Counted from the first letter of the stretch, positions 7,838-17,662 are shown. The stretch: DNA of 23,091 bases from Candidatus Methylomirabilia bacterium (GCA_041497895.1 JBGQHJ010000077.1:1-23091), one strand, 5' to 3'. Made by a program: numbers and translations. Notes: generated by a model from the letters alone, not told the origin.

Positions 7838-8431
7838 CTAGAACTTCACCTTCGGGGCTTCCTGGGCGCCCGGGGTGGCCTCGAAGTAGGCCTTCTCCTT
7901 GAAGCCGCGCAGCGAGGCCACCACGCTGCCCGGGAAGAGCCGCAGGCGCGTGTTGTAGTCGCGCACCGCCTCGCTGTAGCGCATGCGCTCGACCGCGATG
8001 CGGTTCTCGGTGCCCTCGAGCTGGCTCTGGAGCGTGAGGAAGTTCTGGTTGGACTTGAGCTCGGGGTAGCGCTCGACGGTCACGAGCAGCCGGCCGAGCG
8101 CGCCGCCCAGCTCGGCCTGGGCCTGCTGGAACTTCTGGAAGGCGGCCGGATCGTTGATCAGCTCGGGGGTGGCCTTGATGCCGGCCACGCTGGCGCGGGC
8201 CTTGGTCACCTCTTCCAGCACCGTCCGCTCCTGGGTCGCGAACCCCTTCACGGTCTCCACCAGGTTCGGGACCAGATCGGCACGGCGCTGGTAGACGTTC
8301 TGCACCTGGGCCCACTTCTCGTTGACGAGCTGCTCCTGCGCCACCAGCTGGTTGTTGATCCCGATCGCCCAGGCGATGCCGCCGACCACGATCAGGACGA
8401 TCACCCCGAGAACGATCAGTCCGGTTTTCAT
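7838..8431 (-). CDS. lemA: LemA family protein
   Basis: N-terminal TM; motifs WAQVQNVYQRRADLVPNLVETVKG and VERYPELKSNQNFLTLQSQLEGTENRIAVER. Classic lemA-TPM-TPM gene order. Confidence 0.96.
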   Translation of the reverse strand: MKTGLIVLGVIVLIVVGGIAWAIGINNQLVAQEQLVNEKWAQVQNVYQRRADLVPNLVETVKGFATQERTVLEEVTKARASVAGIKATPELINDPAAFQKFQQAQAELGGALGRLLVTVERYPELKSNQNFLTLQSQLEGTENRIAVERMRYSEAVRDYNTRLRLFPGSVVASLRGFKEKAYFEATPGAQEAPKVKF

Positions 8432-8437
8432 GCTCGC

Positions 8438-8443
8438 AGTATA
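8438..8443 (-). promoter_or_regulatory. -10 element of a probable leaderless lemA promoter
   Basis: Minus strand reads TATACT-gcgagc-ATG, with no SD in the 19-nt gap after the Ehr large-subunit stop. Confidence 0.55.
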
Positions 8444-8450
8444 CCCCCCG

Positions 8451-10028
8451 TCACAGGTCGTTACCCGAATACGACTGGTTGAAGGACTTGTTGCAGAGCG
8501 GGAAGTCCGGGACGATGTTCTTGAGCAGCGCGTACGAGAGCGGCCGCCAGTTGAGGAACGACGGGTCCATGATCTTCACGCGATGGAGCCGGCCCGCCCC
8601 GTCGGCCATCACCCAGTGGAGGATGCCGCCGCGCCAGCCCTCCACGAGGCCGAACGCGGGCGCGAAGGGGGGCAGGGCCCCGAGCGGCGCGGCCAGCGGC
8701 CCCGCGGGCAGGCGCCTCACCGCCTCGCCGATCAGCCGCACCGATTCCCGCGCCTCCTCCACCCGCACGAGAGTACGCGCCTTGACGTCGCCCGACTCGA
8801 ACACGGGCACCCGCACCTCGAGATCCCCGTACGCCGCGAACGGGTGATCGCGCCGGACGTCGGCGTCGATCCCCGAGGCCCGCGCGACATAGCCCAGCAC
8901 GCCGTGGTCACGGGCGATGCGGGTCGACAGCTGGCCGGTCCCTTCGAGCCGGTCCATCACGAGCGTGTTCTCGAGCGCGAGCCCGACGATCTCGTCGAAG
9001 TCGCGGAGGGCGGCATCCAGCTCGCCCGGCAGATCCAGGCCGGCCGGCAGGTCGTGGCCGACGCCACCGGGCACGACGCCGCCCCGCAGTAGCCGGTTGC
9101 CGGTCAGCCGTTTGTTGAGTCGCAGCAACCGCTCGCGGATCCGGAAGCAGTGGGAGTGGGCCACCGCGTATCCGGTGTCGTTGGCGATCATGCCGAAGTC
9201 GGCCACGTGATTGTACAGGCGCTCCATCTCCAGCAGGATCACGCGCAGCCACCGCGCTCGTGCCGGCACCTCGGTGCCCGCGGCCGCCTCCAGCGCCTGG
9301 CAGAAGGCGAGCGAGTGCCCGATGGTCGTGTCGCCGGAGACGCGCTCGGCCAGCTCGACCGCGGCACCCGGCTCGCGGCCCTCGAAGAGCTTCTCCGTGC
9401 CCTTGTGGGTGAAGTACAGACGCGACTTCATGTCGATGATCGTCTCGCCGACCACGCTGAAGCGAAAGTGTCCCGGCTCGATCACCCCCGCGTGCACCGG
9501 ACCCACCGGGATCTCGTATACCCCCTCGCCGCCCACCTCCGTGAAGGGGAAGGCGCGCCCGTCGTCCGCGAACTCACGCGGCAACGCGTCCTTCCGGAGC
9601 GGAAAGTAGTCTGCCGGCCAGAAGCCGTGGCGGACGAGGGGCCGGGGATCCGGATGGCCCTCGGCCGCGATCCCGAAGAGATCGTAGATCTCCCGCTCGA
9701 AGCGCGAGGCCGGGTAGTGGAGCGTGGCCAGCGACACGATCGCGGGAGCCTCGGCGGCCACCGGCGCGCTGGCGTGGACGAACCAGTTCTCCCGGTCGGG
9801 CGCGAAGAGATAGTGGACTTCGAAGACGCCGCGGTCGGCCCGCCGATCGGTGGCGACCATGAATATCAGCTCCGCGCCGAACCCCATGCGAAGAAGTGTC
9901 GCCAGCGCGTGGACGTCCGGCGGACGGACCGAGCAGTGGAGCTCGTTGCCCCGCACCAGTCGCACGTCGGCCACCCGATCGGCGTACTTGTCGGCGAGCA
10001 CGCTCGTGAGCTGGGGCAGCCGGGTCAT
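8451..10028 (-). CDS. Ehr large subunit (HyfG/HycE-like fused NuoC-NuoD domains) lacking NiFe-binding cysteines
   Basis: ATG at 10028 overlaps the hyfF stop (ATGA). NuoC-like FEREIYDLFGI...GHPDPRPL, then GPVHAGVIEPGHFRF, HKGTEKL, LEMERLYNH and VEGWRG. The L1 site reads ERVSGDTT and the L2 site reads DFPLCNKSFNQSYSGNDL; neither has CxxC. Confidence 0.92.
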   Translation of the reverse strand: MTRLPQLTSVLADKYADRVADVRLVRGNELHCSVRPPDVHALATLLRMGFGAELIFMVATDRRADRGVFEVHYLFAPDRENWFVHASAPVAAEAPAIVSLATLHYPASRFEREIYDLFGIAAEGHPDPRPLVRHGFWPADYFPLRKDALPREFADDGRAFPFTEVGGEGVYEIPVGPVHAGVIEPGHFRFSVVGETIIDMKSRLYFTHKGTEKLFEGREPGAAVELAERVSGDTTIGHSLAFCQALEAAAGTEVPARARWLRVILLEMERLYNHVADFGMIANDTGYAVAHSHCFRIRERLLRLNKRLTGNRLLRGGVVPGGVGHDLPAGLDLPGELDAALRDFDEIVGLALENTLVMDRLEGTGQLSTRIARDHGVLGYVARASGIDADVRRDHPFAAYGDLEVRVPVFESGDVKARTLVRVEEARESVRLIGEAVRRLPAGPLAAPLGALPPFAPAFGLVEGWRGGILHWVMADGAGRLHRVKIMDPSFLNWRPLSYALLKNIVPDFPLCNKSFNQSYSGNDL

Positions 10029-11482
10029 TGCTCGACGATCTCCACGATCTGCCGCAGCAGCCCCTGGAGGGGCGCCGGGAGTACGACGCCGAGCAGGACG
10101 AGGGTCGCCACGCAGGCACCGAGCGGAACCAGCGGCCAGAGGTCTCGCTCGCCCATCGGCACGCCCGCGGTCGGCGCGCCGTAGAGCATCCGGTTGAGAT
10201 GGCCGATCATCGAGACGAAGGCCACCGCGAGCAGGGCCAGCACGAGCCCCATCAGCCACGGCCGGCCCGCCGCGAAGCCCGCCCGGAAGAGCGCGAACTC
10301 GGAGATGAAGAGGCCGAACGGCGGCAGGCCGATGACGGCCAGCATCCCCGCCGCGAACAGGCCGCCCGTCCAGGGCATGACCTTGAGGAGACCCGACACC
10401 CGGCTGATCTCGGTGGTGCCGTACCGGTGGAGCACCCGCCCGGCGAGAAAGAACATCATCGACTTCGCCAGCGCGTGGTTCAGCAGGTGCAGCATCGCGG
10501 CGAAGGTGCCGAGCGGCCCCAGCGCCAGCCCCACGCAGATCAGCCCGGTGTGCTCGATGCTCGAGTACGCCAGCATCCGCTTGTAGTTGCGCTGGATCAC
10601 CAGGCTGAAGGCCGCGATGGCGATCGACAGGAGCCCCAGCGCGATGTAGAGGCCGTCCGTGAACCCCGTCCCCACCGCCGCGTTCACCACCGCCTCCCAC
10701 CGGACCACCGCGTAGAGCGCGACCGCGAGAAGCACCCCGGACATCATGGCCGACAGGGCCGTCGGCGCCTCCGAGTGGGCGTCCGGTAGCCACGTGTGCA
10801 TGGGCGCGAGGCCCGCCTTCGTACCGTACCCGATGAGGATGAAGACGAAGGCGAGCTGGATCACCTCGGGATGAAGCTGGGGCGCCGAAGCCCGCAGCAC
10901 CGTCCAGTTCAGCGCCGCATCCTGGCGGCCGACCAGGTTGACGAAGTCGAAGTAGCCGAGCACCGTGCCCCCGAAGGCCAGGGCGATCCCGATGGACCCG
11001 ATCAGGATGTACTTCCACGAGGCCTCGACCGAGGCCTTCGTGACGTGCAGCGGGATGAGCATGGCCGACGTGATCGTGGTCGCCTCGATGGCGATCCACA
11101 TGAAGCCGACATTGTTCGAGGTCACCGCGAACAGCATCGTGAACGTGCACAGACTGCCGAAGATCCGGAATCGGCGAGCCTGCGCGGCGTCGTAACCGTC
11201 GTCCGCGCCCATCCCCGGTCCGAGCCATGCCGCGAGCGCGCCCACCAGGCTCACGCACAGCGCGAGCAAGGTCGAGAGCGCGTCCGCCCGCAAGAACTCC
11301 CCGGGGCCCGAGGTCAGCACGTCGCCCGCCAGGACGTGGCGCCAGAGGGTGACCGCCGCTCCCATGGACGACAGGGATAGCACCGCGTTCGTCCATCCGA
11401 CGAAGCGCCGGTACGGCCGCACCGCCACCGCCAGCAGCGCCCCCAGCAGGGGCGGTCCGAGCAGCATCACGAAGGTGGTCAC
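10025..11482 (-). CDS. hyfF: HyfF-like antiporter-type membrane subunit (NuoL/M/N-MrpD superfamily)
   Basis: GTG start with SD GAGG. Polytopic; motifs WIAIEATT, EASWKY, GYGTKAGLAPMHTWLPDAHSEAP and KRMLAYSSIEH. Confidence 0.9.
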   Translation of the reverse strand: MTTFVMLLGPPLLGALLAVAVRPYRRFVGWTNAVLSLSSMGAAVTLWRHVLAGDVLTSGPGEFLRADALSTLLALCVSLVGALAAWLGPGMGADDGYDAAQARRFRIFGSLCTFTMLFAVTSNNVGFMWIAIEATTITSAMLIPLHVTKASVEASWKYILIGSIGIALAFGGTVLGYFDFVNLVGRQDAALNWTVLRASAPQLHPEVIQLAFVFILIGYGTKAGLAPMHTWLPDAHSEAPTALSAMMSGVLLAVALYAVVRWEAVVNAAVGTGFTDGLYIALGLLSIAIAAFSLVIQRNYKRMLAYSSIEHTGLICVGLALGPLGTFAAMLHLLNHALAKSMMFFLAGRVLHRYGTTEISRVSGLLKVMPWTGGLFAAGMLAVIGLPPFGLFISEFALFRAGFAAGRPWLMGLVLALLAVAFVSMIGHLNRMLYGAPTAGVPMGERDLWPLVPLGACVATLVLLGVVLPAPLQGLLRQIVEIVEQ

Positions 11483-11488
11483 GGGTCC

Positions 11489-12145
11489 TCAGTGCCGGAG
11501 GCGGTTGAGCTGCTCGACGTCGATGCTCTCGAACGTCTCGTGGATCTGGTAGATGAAGATCTGCATCACGAGGAACCCCATGAGGACGTCCAGGAACACG
11601 CCGAGCTCGACGATCAGTGGGATCCCGTAGGTGCCGAGGACCGCCAGCAGGGCCAGGCCGTTCTCGAGCATCAGAAAGCCGATGACCTGGGTCAGCGCCT
11701 TCTTGCGACTGATCACCACGAAGAGGCTCACGAGCACCAGTCCCATTGCCAGCGGCATGCCCGCCCGGGTGGGGAGCTGGCTCAGAGCGACCAGCGGCCT
11801 CGTGACCGCGTAGCCGAACAGCACGAGCAGGCCGGACACCACGAGCGACGACGCGGTGTTCACGTACGGCTCCAGCTCCCGCTCGGCCGCGAATCGACGC
11901 TCCATCTGCTTCAAGAGCCTCGGGATCACCAGCCCCTTGAGTAGCAGGAGGCCGGCCGCGACCCAGTAGAGCTCGTGGTCCTTTCCGAAGTACGCCACGA
12001 TCACCGTCACCGCCGACAGGACGATGGACTGCCAGGTGAAGGCGCTGATGTAGGCGGTGACGCCCCGCCGCCAGAGCAGGATGAGGCCGAAGAGCAGCAC
12101 CAGGCTCGAACCGAGGACGCTGAGCTGAGAGAAGACGCTGTCCAT
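11489..12145 (-). CDS. hyfE: HyfE-like membrane subunit
   Basis: 218 aa with about 7 TM; motifs QVIGFLMLENG and PLIVELGVFLDV. Lies between hyfC and hyfF. Confidence 0.88.
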   Translation of the reverse strand: MDSVFSQLSVLGSSLVLLFGLILLWRRGVTAYISAFTWQSIVLSAVTVIVAYFGKDHELYWVAAGLLLLKGLVIPRLLKQMERRFAAERELEPYVNTASSLVVSGLLVLFGYAVTRPLVALSQLPTRAGMPLAMGLVLVSLFVVISRKKALTQVIGFLMLENGLALLAVLGTYGIPLIVELGVFLDVLMGFLVMQIFIYQIHETFESIDVEQLNRLRH

Positions 12146-12148
12146 GGG

Positions 12149-13090
12149 CTACCTCAGGAGGAACGACGACGTGACCGCGAGCAGCGCGAGCACGAAGGAG
12201 ACGCTCAGCAGCTCCGGCACCCGGAAGAGGCGGAGCTTCGCGATGCGCGTCTCGAGGACCGCGACCGTCCCCGCCAGGACCACCAGCTTCACCAGCAGGC
12301 TGACCACCGCGACGGCAAGCGTCGTCGGCGTCAGGCCCACCGACACCCCCCACGGGATGAAGAGGTTGCCGAGCAGCGAGAAGAAGATCAGCAGCTTCAG
12401 GCCCGCCGCCCACTCGATGAGGGCGAGATAGCGCCCGGAGTATTCGAGCACCATCGCCTCGTGGATCATCGTCAGCTCGAGGTGGGTCGCCGGGTTGTCG
12501 ATCGGGAGCCGCCCGGTCTCCGCGAGGGTCACGATGAAGAGGGCTCCGAAGGCGAGCAGGTGGCCCGGGCTCAGCGACGCCCCGGGGCTGGTCATGGTGC
12601 GCGCCACGATCTGACCGAGGTTGGTGGAGCCGGCGCTGAGGGCCAAAGCGAAGATCGCGAGGGCGACGGTCGGCTCCGCGAGGGCGGCCACCGTCATCTC
12701 ACGGCTGGCTCCCATCCCACCGAACGGCGAGCCGGGGTCGAGGCCGGCGAGCGCGAGAAAAAACGTCCCGAGCAGGAGCAGGTAGACGACCACCAGCAGG
12801 TCCCCGACCCCGTCGAAGGGTAGCGGCACCACGAGGATCGGCACGAGGAACGTGACCGCCACCGTGCTCGCGAAGACGATGAACGGAGCCGCCCGGAACA
12901 GCCAGGACGCGTTGCTCGAGACGACGACCTCCTTCTGGAACAGCTTGGTCAGCTCCCAGTACGGCTGCCAGACGGGGGCGCCGCGTCGATTCTGCAGGCG
13001 GGCCTTCAGCCAGCGGACCAGCCCGACCAGGCCGGGCGCGAGCAGGAGCGCCAGCGCCGCCTGCGCCACCTCGAGGGCGTACCCGATCAT
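12149..13090 (-). CDS. hyfC: HyfC/HycD (NuoH-like) membrane subunit
   Basis: Motifs KARLQNRRGAPVWQPY, GLDPGSPFGGMGASRE and AETGRLPIDNPATHLELTMIHEAMVLEYSG. Start at ATG 13090 or GTG 13096. Confidence 0.9.
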   Translation of the reverse strand: MIGYALEVAQAALALLLAPGLVGLVRWLKARLQNRRGAPVWQPYWELTKLFQKEVVVSSNASWLFRAAPFIVFASTVAVTFLVPILVVPLPFDGVGDLLVVVYLLLLGTFFLALAGLDPGSPFGGMGASREMTVAALAEPTVALAIFALALSAGSTNLGQIVARTMTSPGASLSPGHLLAFGALFIVTLAETGRLPIDNPATHLELTMIHEAMVLEYSGRYLALIEWAAGLKLLIFFSLLGNLFIPWGVSVGLTPTTLAVAVVSLLVKLVVLAGTVAVLETRIAKLRLFRVPELLSVSFVLALLAVTSSFLLR

Positions 13091-13098
13091 CTCCACGG

Positions 13099-15123
13099 CT
13101 ATCTTCCCCACCGGGCCGCGGTGAGCAGGGCCAGGAACGCCAGCGTCAGATAGAGGAGGTAGAGGTGCAGCGAGCCTCCCTGGAGACGGCGGACCCACGT
13201 GGCCGCGTGGTGGAGAGCGTGCAAGGGCCGGTCGTAGAAGAGCCGCTCGATCCACGGGTGGATCTCGCTCCGGTATTCGATCGACTGCACGAAGTATCTC
13301 GACGCCGGATGGAAGTCGATCGACAGGTCCCGGGTCGGCCGGTACAGCTCGGCGAAGACGCGTCGGAGCGGCTCCGCGAAGGCGGTGGCGGTGTACTCCA
13401 TGCGGGGCGTCTGGCCGATGCGGCCGCAGCCCCAGGTGTCGCCCACGCGCAGCCGCCGGTCCGCACCCAGGATCCGGAGCGCGAGGGGAACGAGCGTCAT
13501 CAGCAGGAGGAGCCCCAGGGCGAGGAGAGGCATCGACATCTGCCCGGAGGTTCCCGGCACGCGGAGGGGCAGGGTCAGGGCGAAGGCCGTCGCGGCGGGG
13601 GCGACGCCGCCGAACCCCACGAGGCTCGAGCCGAGCATGGGGACGACGACGAACGGGGCCAGCCCGAGCCCGACGCACGCCACCGCCAGCGTCCCCATCC
13701 CGATCTGCATGGACCGGGGCGCCTCGTGCGCGAGCTCCGCTTCCCGGGAGCGCGGGATGGCCAGGAACGTGATCCCGAACGCCTTGACGAAGCAGGCGGC
13801 GGCGAGCCCGCTGGTGAGCGCGAGCATGGCCACCGCGATCGGCATGATCACCGCGACCTCGGGCTGAGGAATCGCCGACCCGCCGAGCAGCGCCTGGAAC
13901 ACGAGCCATTCGGAGGCGAAGCCATTGAGCGGTGGCAGGCCCGCGATCGCGCACGCCCCGATGAGGAAGAAGAGCGCGGTACGGGGCATCCGCTTGATCA
14001 GGCCGCCCATCTCCTCCATGTTGCGGGTGCCGGTCGCGTGCAGCACCGACCCCGCGCCCAGGAACAGCAGGGCCTTGAAGCACGCGTGGTTGATCGTGTG
14101 GTAGAGGCCGCTGACGACGCCCAGGGTCGCGAGCGCGACCAACCCGTAGGTCTGGAACATCAGGCCCGCCCCGATCCCGATGAAGATGATCCCGACGTTC
14201 TCGACGGAGTGATAGGCGAGCAGCCGCTTGAGGTCGTGCTCCATCAGCGCGTAGAGCACGCCGAGGAGCGCCGAGACGGTGCCCACCGCCAGGACGAGGC
14301 CGCCCCACCACGCGGGCCCCCCCACGAGGAGGTCGATCGTGACGCGGAGGAGCCCGTATACCCCCATCTTGATCACGACGCCGGACATCAAGGCCGAGAC
14401 GTGGCTCGGGGCGACCGGGTGCGCCATCGGCAGCCACACGTGCAGGGGCGCGATCCCCGCCTTGGTGCCGAATCCGAGCAGCGCCAGCACGAACGCCGCA
14501 TCGCGGGTTCCGGGGGTCAGGGCGGCCGATCGCATCGAGGCGAAGGAGGTGGTCAGATCGCCCGCGGACAGGAGCAGGAACATCGCGGTGAGGGCCGCGA
14601 AGCCCGCGTGCGTCACCGCGATGTACCAGTGCGCGGCGCGGACCGTTCCCGGGCGGTCGTGCTCGGTGAGCACCATCGTGTAGGCCGAGAGGGACATGGC
14701 CTCCCAGGTCATGAGGAAGGTCAGCGCGTTGTCGGCCATCACCTGGACGCTCAGGGAGAGCAGCAGGACGTTCAGCATCGCGCCCAGCAACCGCAGGGAA
14801 TAGCGCCCCTCGTACGCGGCCGAGTAGCCGAACCCGTACACGGTGACCGCGGCGCCGACCACCCCGATGACGACGAGGAAGAACGCGCTCAGGCCGTCGA
14901 CGCGTAGCGTGAACCCGGTCAGCGGCAGGAAGGCCGCACCGAACGTCGGCACGAGCCCGGTGCCCAGACAGACCACGCCGAGCCCGAAGCCGGCCAGGGC
15001 CCCCGCGAGTCCGCAGCCGGCCACGAGCCCTCGCCCGAGCGCTCCGCGGCCCGCGAGCGCAGCGACCGCCCCGATCGGATGAGCGGTGAGGAGCACGATG
15101 AGCAGGCAGTACGCGACCGCCAT
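13099..15123 (-). CDS. hyfB: HyfB-like antiporter-type membrane subunit, copy 2
   Basis: 674 aa; motifs WEAMS, FGTKAGIAPLHVWLPMAHP, VIKMG, LKRLLAYHSVENVG, LPPLNGFASEW and WGCG. Confidence 0.9.
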   Translation of the reverse strand: MAVAYCLLIVLLTAHPIGAVAALAGRGALGRGLVAGCGLAGALAGFGLGVVCLGTGLVPTFGAAFLPLTGFTLRVDGLSAFFLVVIGVVGAAVTVYGFGYSAAYEGRYSLRLLGAMLNVLLLSLSVQVMADNALTFLMTWEAMSLSAYTMVLTEHDRPGTVRAAHWYIAVTHAGFAALTAMFLLLSAGDLTTSFASMRSAALTPGTRDAAFVLALLGFGTKAGIAPLHVWLPMAHPVAPSHVSALMSGVVIKMGVYGLLRVTIDLLVGGPAWWGGLVLAVGTVSALLGVLYALMEHDLKRLLAYHSVENVGIIFIGIGAGLMFQTYGLVALATLGVVSGLYHTINHACFKALLFLGAGSVLHATGTRNMEEMGGLIKRMPRTALFFLIGACAIAGLPPLNGFASEWLVFQALLGGSAIPQPEVAVIMPIAVAMLALTSGLAAACFVKAFGITFLAIPRSREAELAHEAPRSMQIGMGTLAVACVGLGLAPFVVVPMLGSSLVGFGGVAPAATAFALTLPLRVPGTSGQMSMPLLALGLLLLMTLVPLALRILGADRRLRVGDTWGCGRIGQTPRMEYTATAFAEPLRRVFAELYRPTRDLSIDFHPASRYFVQSIEYRSEIHPWIERLFYDRPLHALHHAATWVRRLQGGSLHLYLLYLTLAFLALLTAARWGR

Positions 15124-15124
15124 C

Positions 15125-17158
15125 TCACATCTGCCGTACGAGCAGCAGGGCCAGAAGCCCCACGAGGGCGATCACGAGATAGGTGAGGTAGGCGTGGGCC
15201 GAGCCGGACTGGATCGCCCGGGCCTGGATGCCCCACCGTCGTATGCGCGCCACGAGCGGCGCGTAGAGATACCGCTCGAACCACGGGACGATCTCGCTCC
15301 GGTACTCGATGGACTGGACGAAGTACTTCGACTCCGGATGGAAATCGATCGAGAGGTCCTGAGTGGGCCGGTACAGCTCGGCGAACACGCGGCGCAGGGG
15401 CTCCGCAAAGGCGGTCGACGTGTACTCCATCCGCGGCGTCTGGACCACTCGCCCGCAGCCCCACGTCGCGCTCACCCGGAGAGGCCGGCGCGCGGCCAGG
15501 ACCCGGACGCCCACCCACGCGACGGCGATGGTCAGCAGGAGCCCGAGGGCGACCAGGACCGGCGACATCCGCGCGAACCCGCCCGGCATGGACAGCGAGA
15601 GTCCGGATCCGAAGCCCGCGGCCGGGGCGGGGAGGCCCGCGGGCCCCGCGAGGGCGGCGGCGAGCGCCGGCAGGATCACGACGGCGGCCAGCCCCAAGCC
15701 CGCGCACGCCACGGCCAGCATGCCCATGCCCACCCGCATCGACAGCGGGGCCTCGTGCGCGCGCTCGGCGACGGGCGAGCGCGGGATCGCGAGGAACGTG
15801 ATCCCGAACGCCTTGACGAATCCGGCGGCGGCGAGCCCGCCGGTGAGGGCGAGCACCCCGACCGCCAGCGTCAGGAGCGGGGCCACCAGGAACACCGGAC
15901 TCCCGATGCCGGGGAGCAGCGACTGGAAGAGAAGCCATTCGCTGACGAAGCCATTCAGCGGGGGCAGTCCGGCGATGGAGAGGGAGCCGGTCAAGAAGAA
16001 GGCCGCCGTCCAGGGCAGTCGTCGAATCAGGCCGCCGAGCCGGTTCATGTCGCGGGTGTGGGTGGCGTGGAGGACGGAGCCCGCCCCGAGGAACAGCAGT
16101 CCCTTGAATGCGGCGTGGTTCAGGGCGTGGTAGAGCGCCGCTGCGAACGCGAGGAAGGCCGCCGGGGTGACCCGGAGGCTCAGAAAGAGGAAGCCGGCGC
16201 CGAGACCGATGAAGACGAGCCCGATGTTCTCGACGCTCGAATAGGCGAGCAGTCGCTTGAGGTCGTTCTCCATCAGGGCGTAGAGCACGCCGATCACCGC
16301 CGAGAGGGCGCCGAGGCCGATCAGGAGCGCCCCCCACCAGGCGGGCCCCCCGCCCAGCAGGTCCAGGCCGACGCGAAGGAGACCGTAGACGCCCAGCTTG
16401 ATCATGACCCCCGACATCAGCGCGGAGACATGGCTCGGCGCCGCCGGATGCGCGCGAGGGAGCCAGACGTGGAGCGGGATGATTCCCGCCTTGGAGCCGA
16501 AGCCGAGGAGAGCCAAGAGGAACACCGCGTTGCGCGTCGTCGGCGAGAGGGTGGACGCCGCGGTGCGTAGATCGCCGAAGGCGGTCGTCGGCGCGCCGGC
16601 CGCGAGGAGCAGGAAGGCGGCGAGCACCAGCGCCAGCCCCGCGTGCGTCATGGCCAGATACCATCCGCCCGCGAGGATCGTGTCCGGCTCCTCCGTCTCG
16701 GTCAGGACGAGGAAGTACGAGGTGAGCGACATGCCTTCCCACATCAGGAGGAAGGTCAGCACGTTGGCGGCGCAGGGAACCAGGCTCATGGTGAGGAGGA
16801 ACAGATTCAGCATGGCCCCGAGGAGCCGGAGCGAGTAGCGGCCCTCGTACGCCGCGGAGTACCCGACGCCGTAGAGCCCGCAGGGAACGGCGACGAGACC
16901 GACGAGGCCGAGAAAGAACGCGCCCAGCGCGTCGAGCTGGAACGACAGGCCGTCCGCGACCGAGAGGAGCGTGGGCGCCGCGAGGACGAACGGAACCCCG
17001 GTGGCGAAGACCTCGACGGCGAGGGTCAGCCCGGCCACGCCTCCCACCACCGCCCCCATCGCGACCAGCCATCGCGAGGCCCGGCCGCCGGGCCCCAGCA
17101 CCGCGGCCGCGGCTCCGAACCCGTATCCGGCGAGCATGCATGAGAACGCGAGGATCAT
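15125..17158 (-). CDS. hyfB: HyfB-like antiporter-type membrane subunit, copy 1
   Basis: ATG at 17158 overlaps the small-subunit stop (ATGA). 677 aa; motifs WEGMS, FGSKAGIIPLHVWLPRAHP, MIKLG, LKRLLAYSSVENIG, LPPLNGFVSEW and WGCG. Confidence 0.9.
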   Translation of the reverse strand: MILAFSCMLAGYGFGAAAAVLGPGGRASRWLVAMGAVVGGVAGLTLAVEVFATGVPFVLAAPTLLSVADGLSFQLDALGAFFLGLVGLVAVPCGLYGVGYSAAYEGRYSLRLLGAMLNLFLLTMSLVPCAANVLTFLLMWEGMSLTSYFLVLTETEEPDTILAGGWYLAMTHAGLALVLAAFLLLAAGAPTTAFGDLRTAASTLSPTTRNAVFLLALLGFGSKAGIIPLHVWLPRAHPAAPSHVSALMSGVMIKLGVYGLLRVGLDLLGGGPAWWGALLIGLGALSAVIGVLYALMENDLKRLLAYSSVENIGLVFIGLGAGFLFLSLRVTPAAFLAFAAALYHALNHAAFKGLLFLGAGSVLHATHTRDMNRLGGLIRRLPWTAAFFLTGSLSIAGLPPLNGFVSEWLLFQSLLPGIGSPVFLVAPLLTLAVGVLALTGGLAAAGFVKAFGITFLAIPRSPVAERAHEAPLSMRVGMGMLAVACAGLGLAAVVILPALAAALAGPAGLPAPAAGFGSGLSLSMPGGFARMSPVLVALGLLLTIAVAWVGVRVLAARRPLRVSATWGCGRVVQTPRMEYTSTAFAEPLRRVFAELYRPTQDLSIDFHPESKYFVQSIEYRSEIVPWFERYLYAPLVARIRRWGIQARAIQSGSAHAYLTYLVIALVGLLALLLVRQM

Positions 17159-17661
17159 CGGCGGCCGATCGCGATGAGAATGCCCTGGAGGATCGCCACC
17201 GGATCGGGCGGACACCCGTCGACGAAAGCGTCGACCGGGATGATCTGGTCCACGCTGCCGGCCACCGCGTAGCTACCCTCGAAGACCCCGCAGGTCCGGG
17301 CGCAATCTCCCACCGCCACCACCAGCTTCGGCGCGGGAGTCGCCTCGTAGGTCTTCACCAGGGGCACCGCCATGTTGCGCGTCACCGGCCCGGTGACCAG
17401 CAGCAGGTCGGCGTGCCGGGGCGAGGCCACGAAGTGCACGCCGAAGCGCTCGCTGTCGTACACCGGGCTCGTGAGCCCGACGATCTCGAGCTCGCAGCCG
17501 TTGCAGGAGCCCGCGTCCACTTCCCGGATCGCGAGCGCGCGCCCGAACAGGCGCCGGGCCCGAGCGTCGACCTCGTGCAGGAGGCGAACGACCTCGTCGC
17601 CACCCGGGGGCAGGGGCTCGGTGGCGAGGCCGACCTGGAGAATCTTGGAGAAGAGTCGCAC
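17155..17661 (-). CDS. Ehr small subunit (HyfI/HycG/NuoB-like, single [4Fe-4S] cluster)
   Basis: Motifs REVDAGSCNGCELE, SPRHADLLLVTGPVT, VGDCA and DGCPP supply four cluster cysteines. GTG start. Confidence 0.92.
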   Translation of the reverse strand: MRLFSKILQVGLATEPLPPGGDEVVRLLHEVDARARRLFGRALAIREVDAGSCNGCELEIVGLTSPVYDSERFGVHFVASPRHADLLLVTGPVTRNMAVPLVKTYEATPAPKLVVAVGDCARTCGVFEGSYAVAGSVDQIIPVDAFVDGCPPDPVAILQGILIAIGRR

Positions 17662-17662
17662 G

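Noticed and set aside
8451..12413. Apparent 1320-aa giant ORF or fusion ending in the large subunit
   Set aside because: The first ~795 codons are an off-frame, Arg/Gly/Pro-rich reading over hyfC/hyfE/hyfF. The real gene starts at ATG 10028 with an ATGA overlap. The same applies to the 762-aa ORF 12149..14437.
8451..17661. Calling the operon a functional [NiFe] hydrogenase-4 / formate hydrogenlyase
   Set aside because: Both Ni-binding CxxC motifs are absent, and there are no maturation, ferredoxin or Fdh genes in the window.
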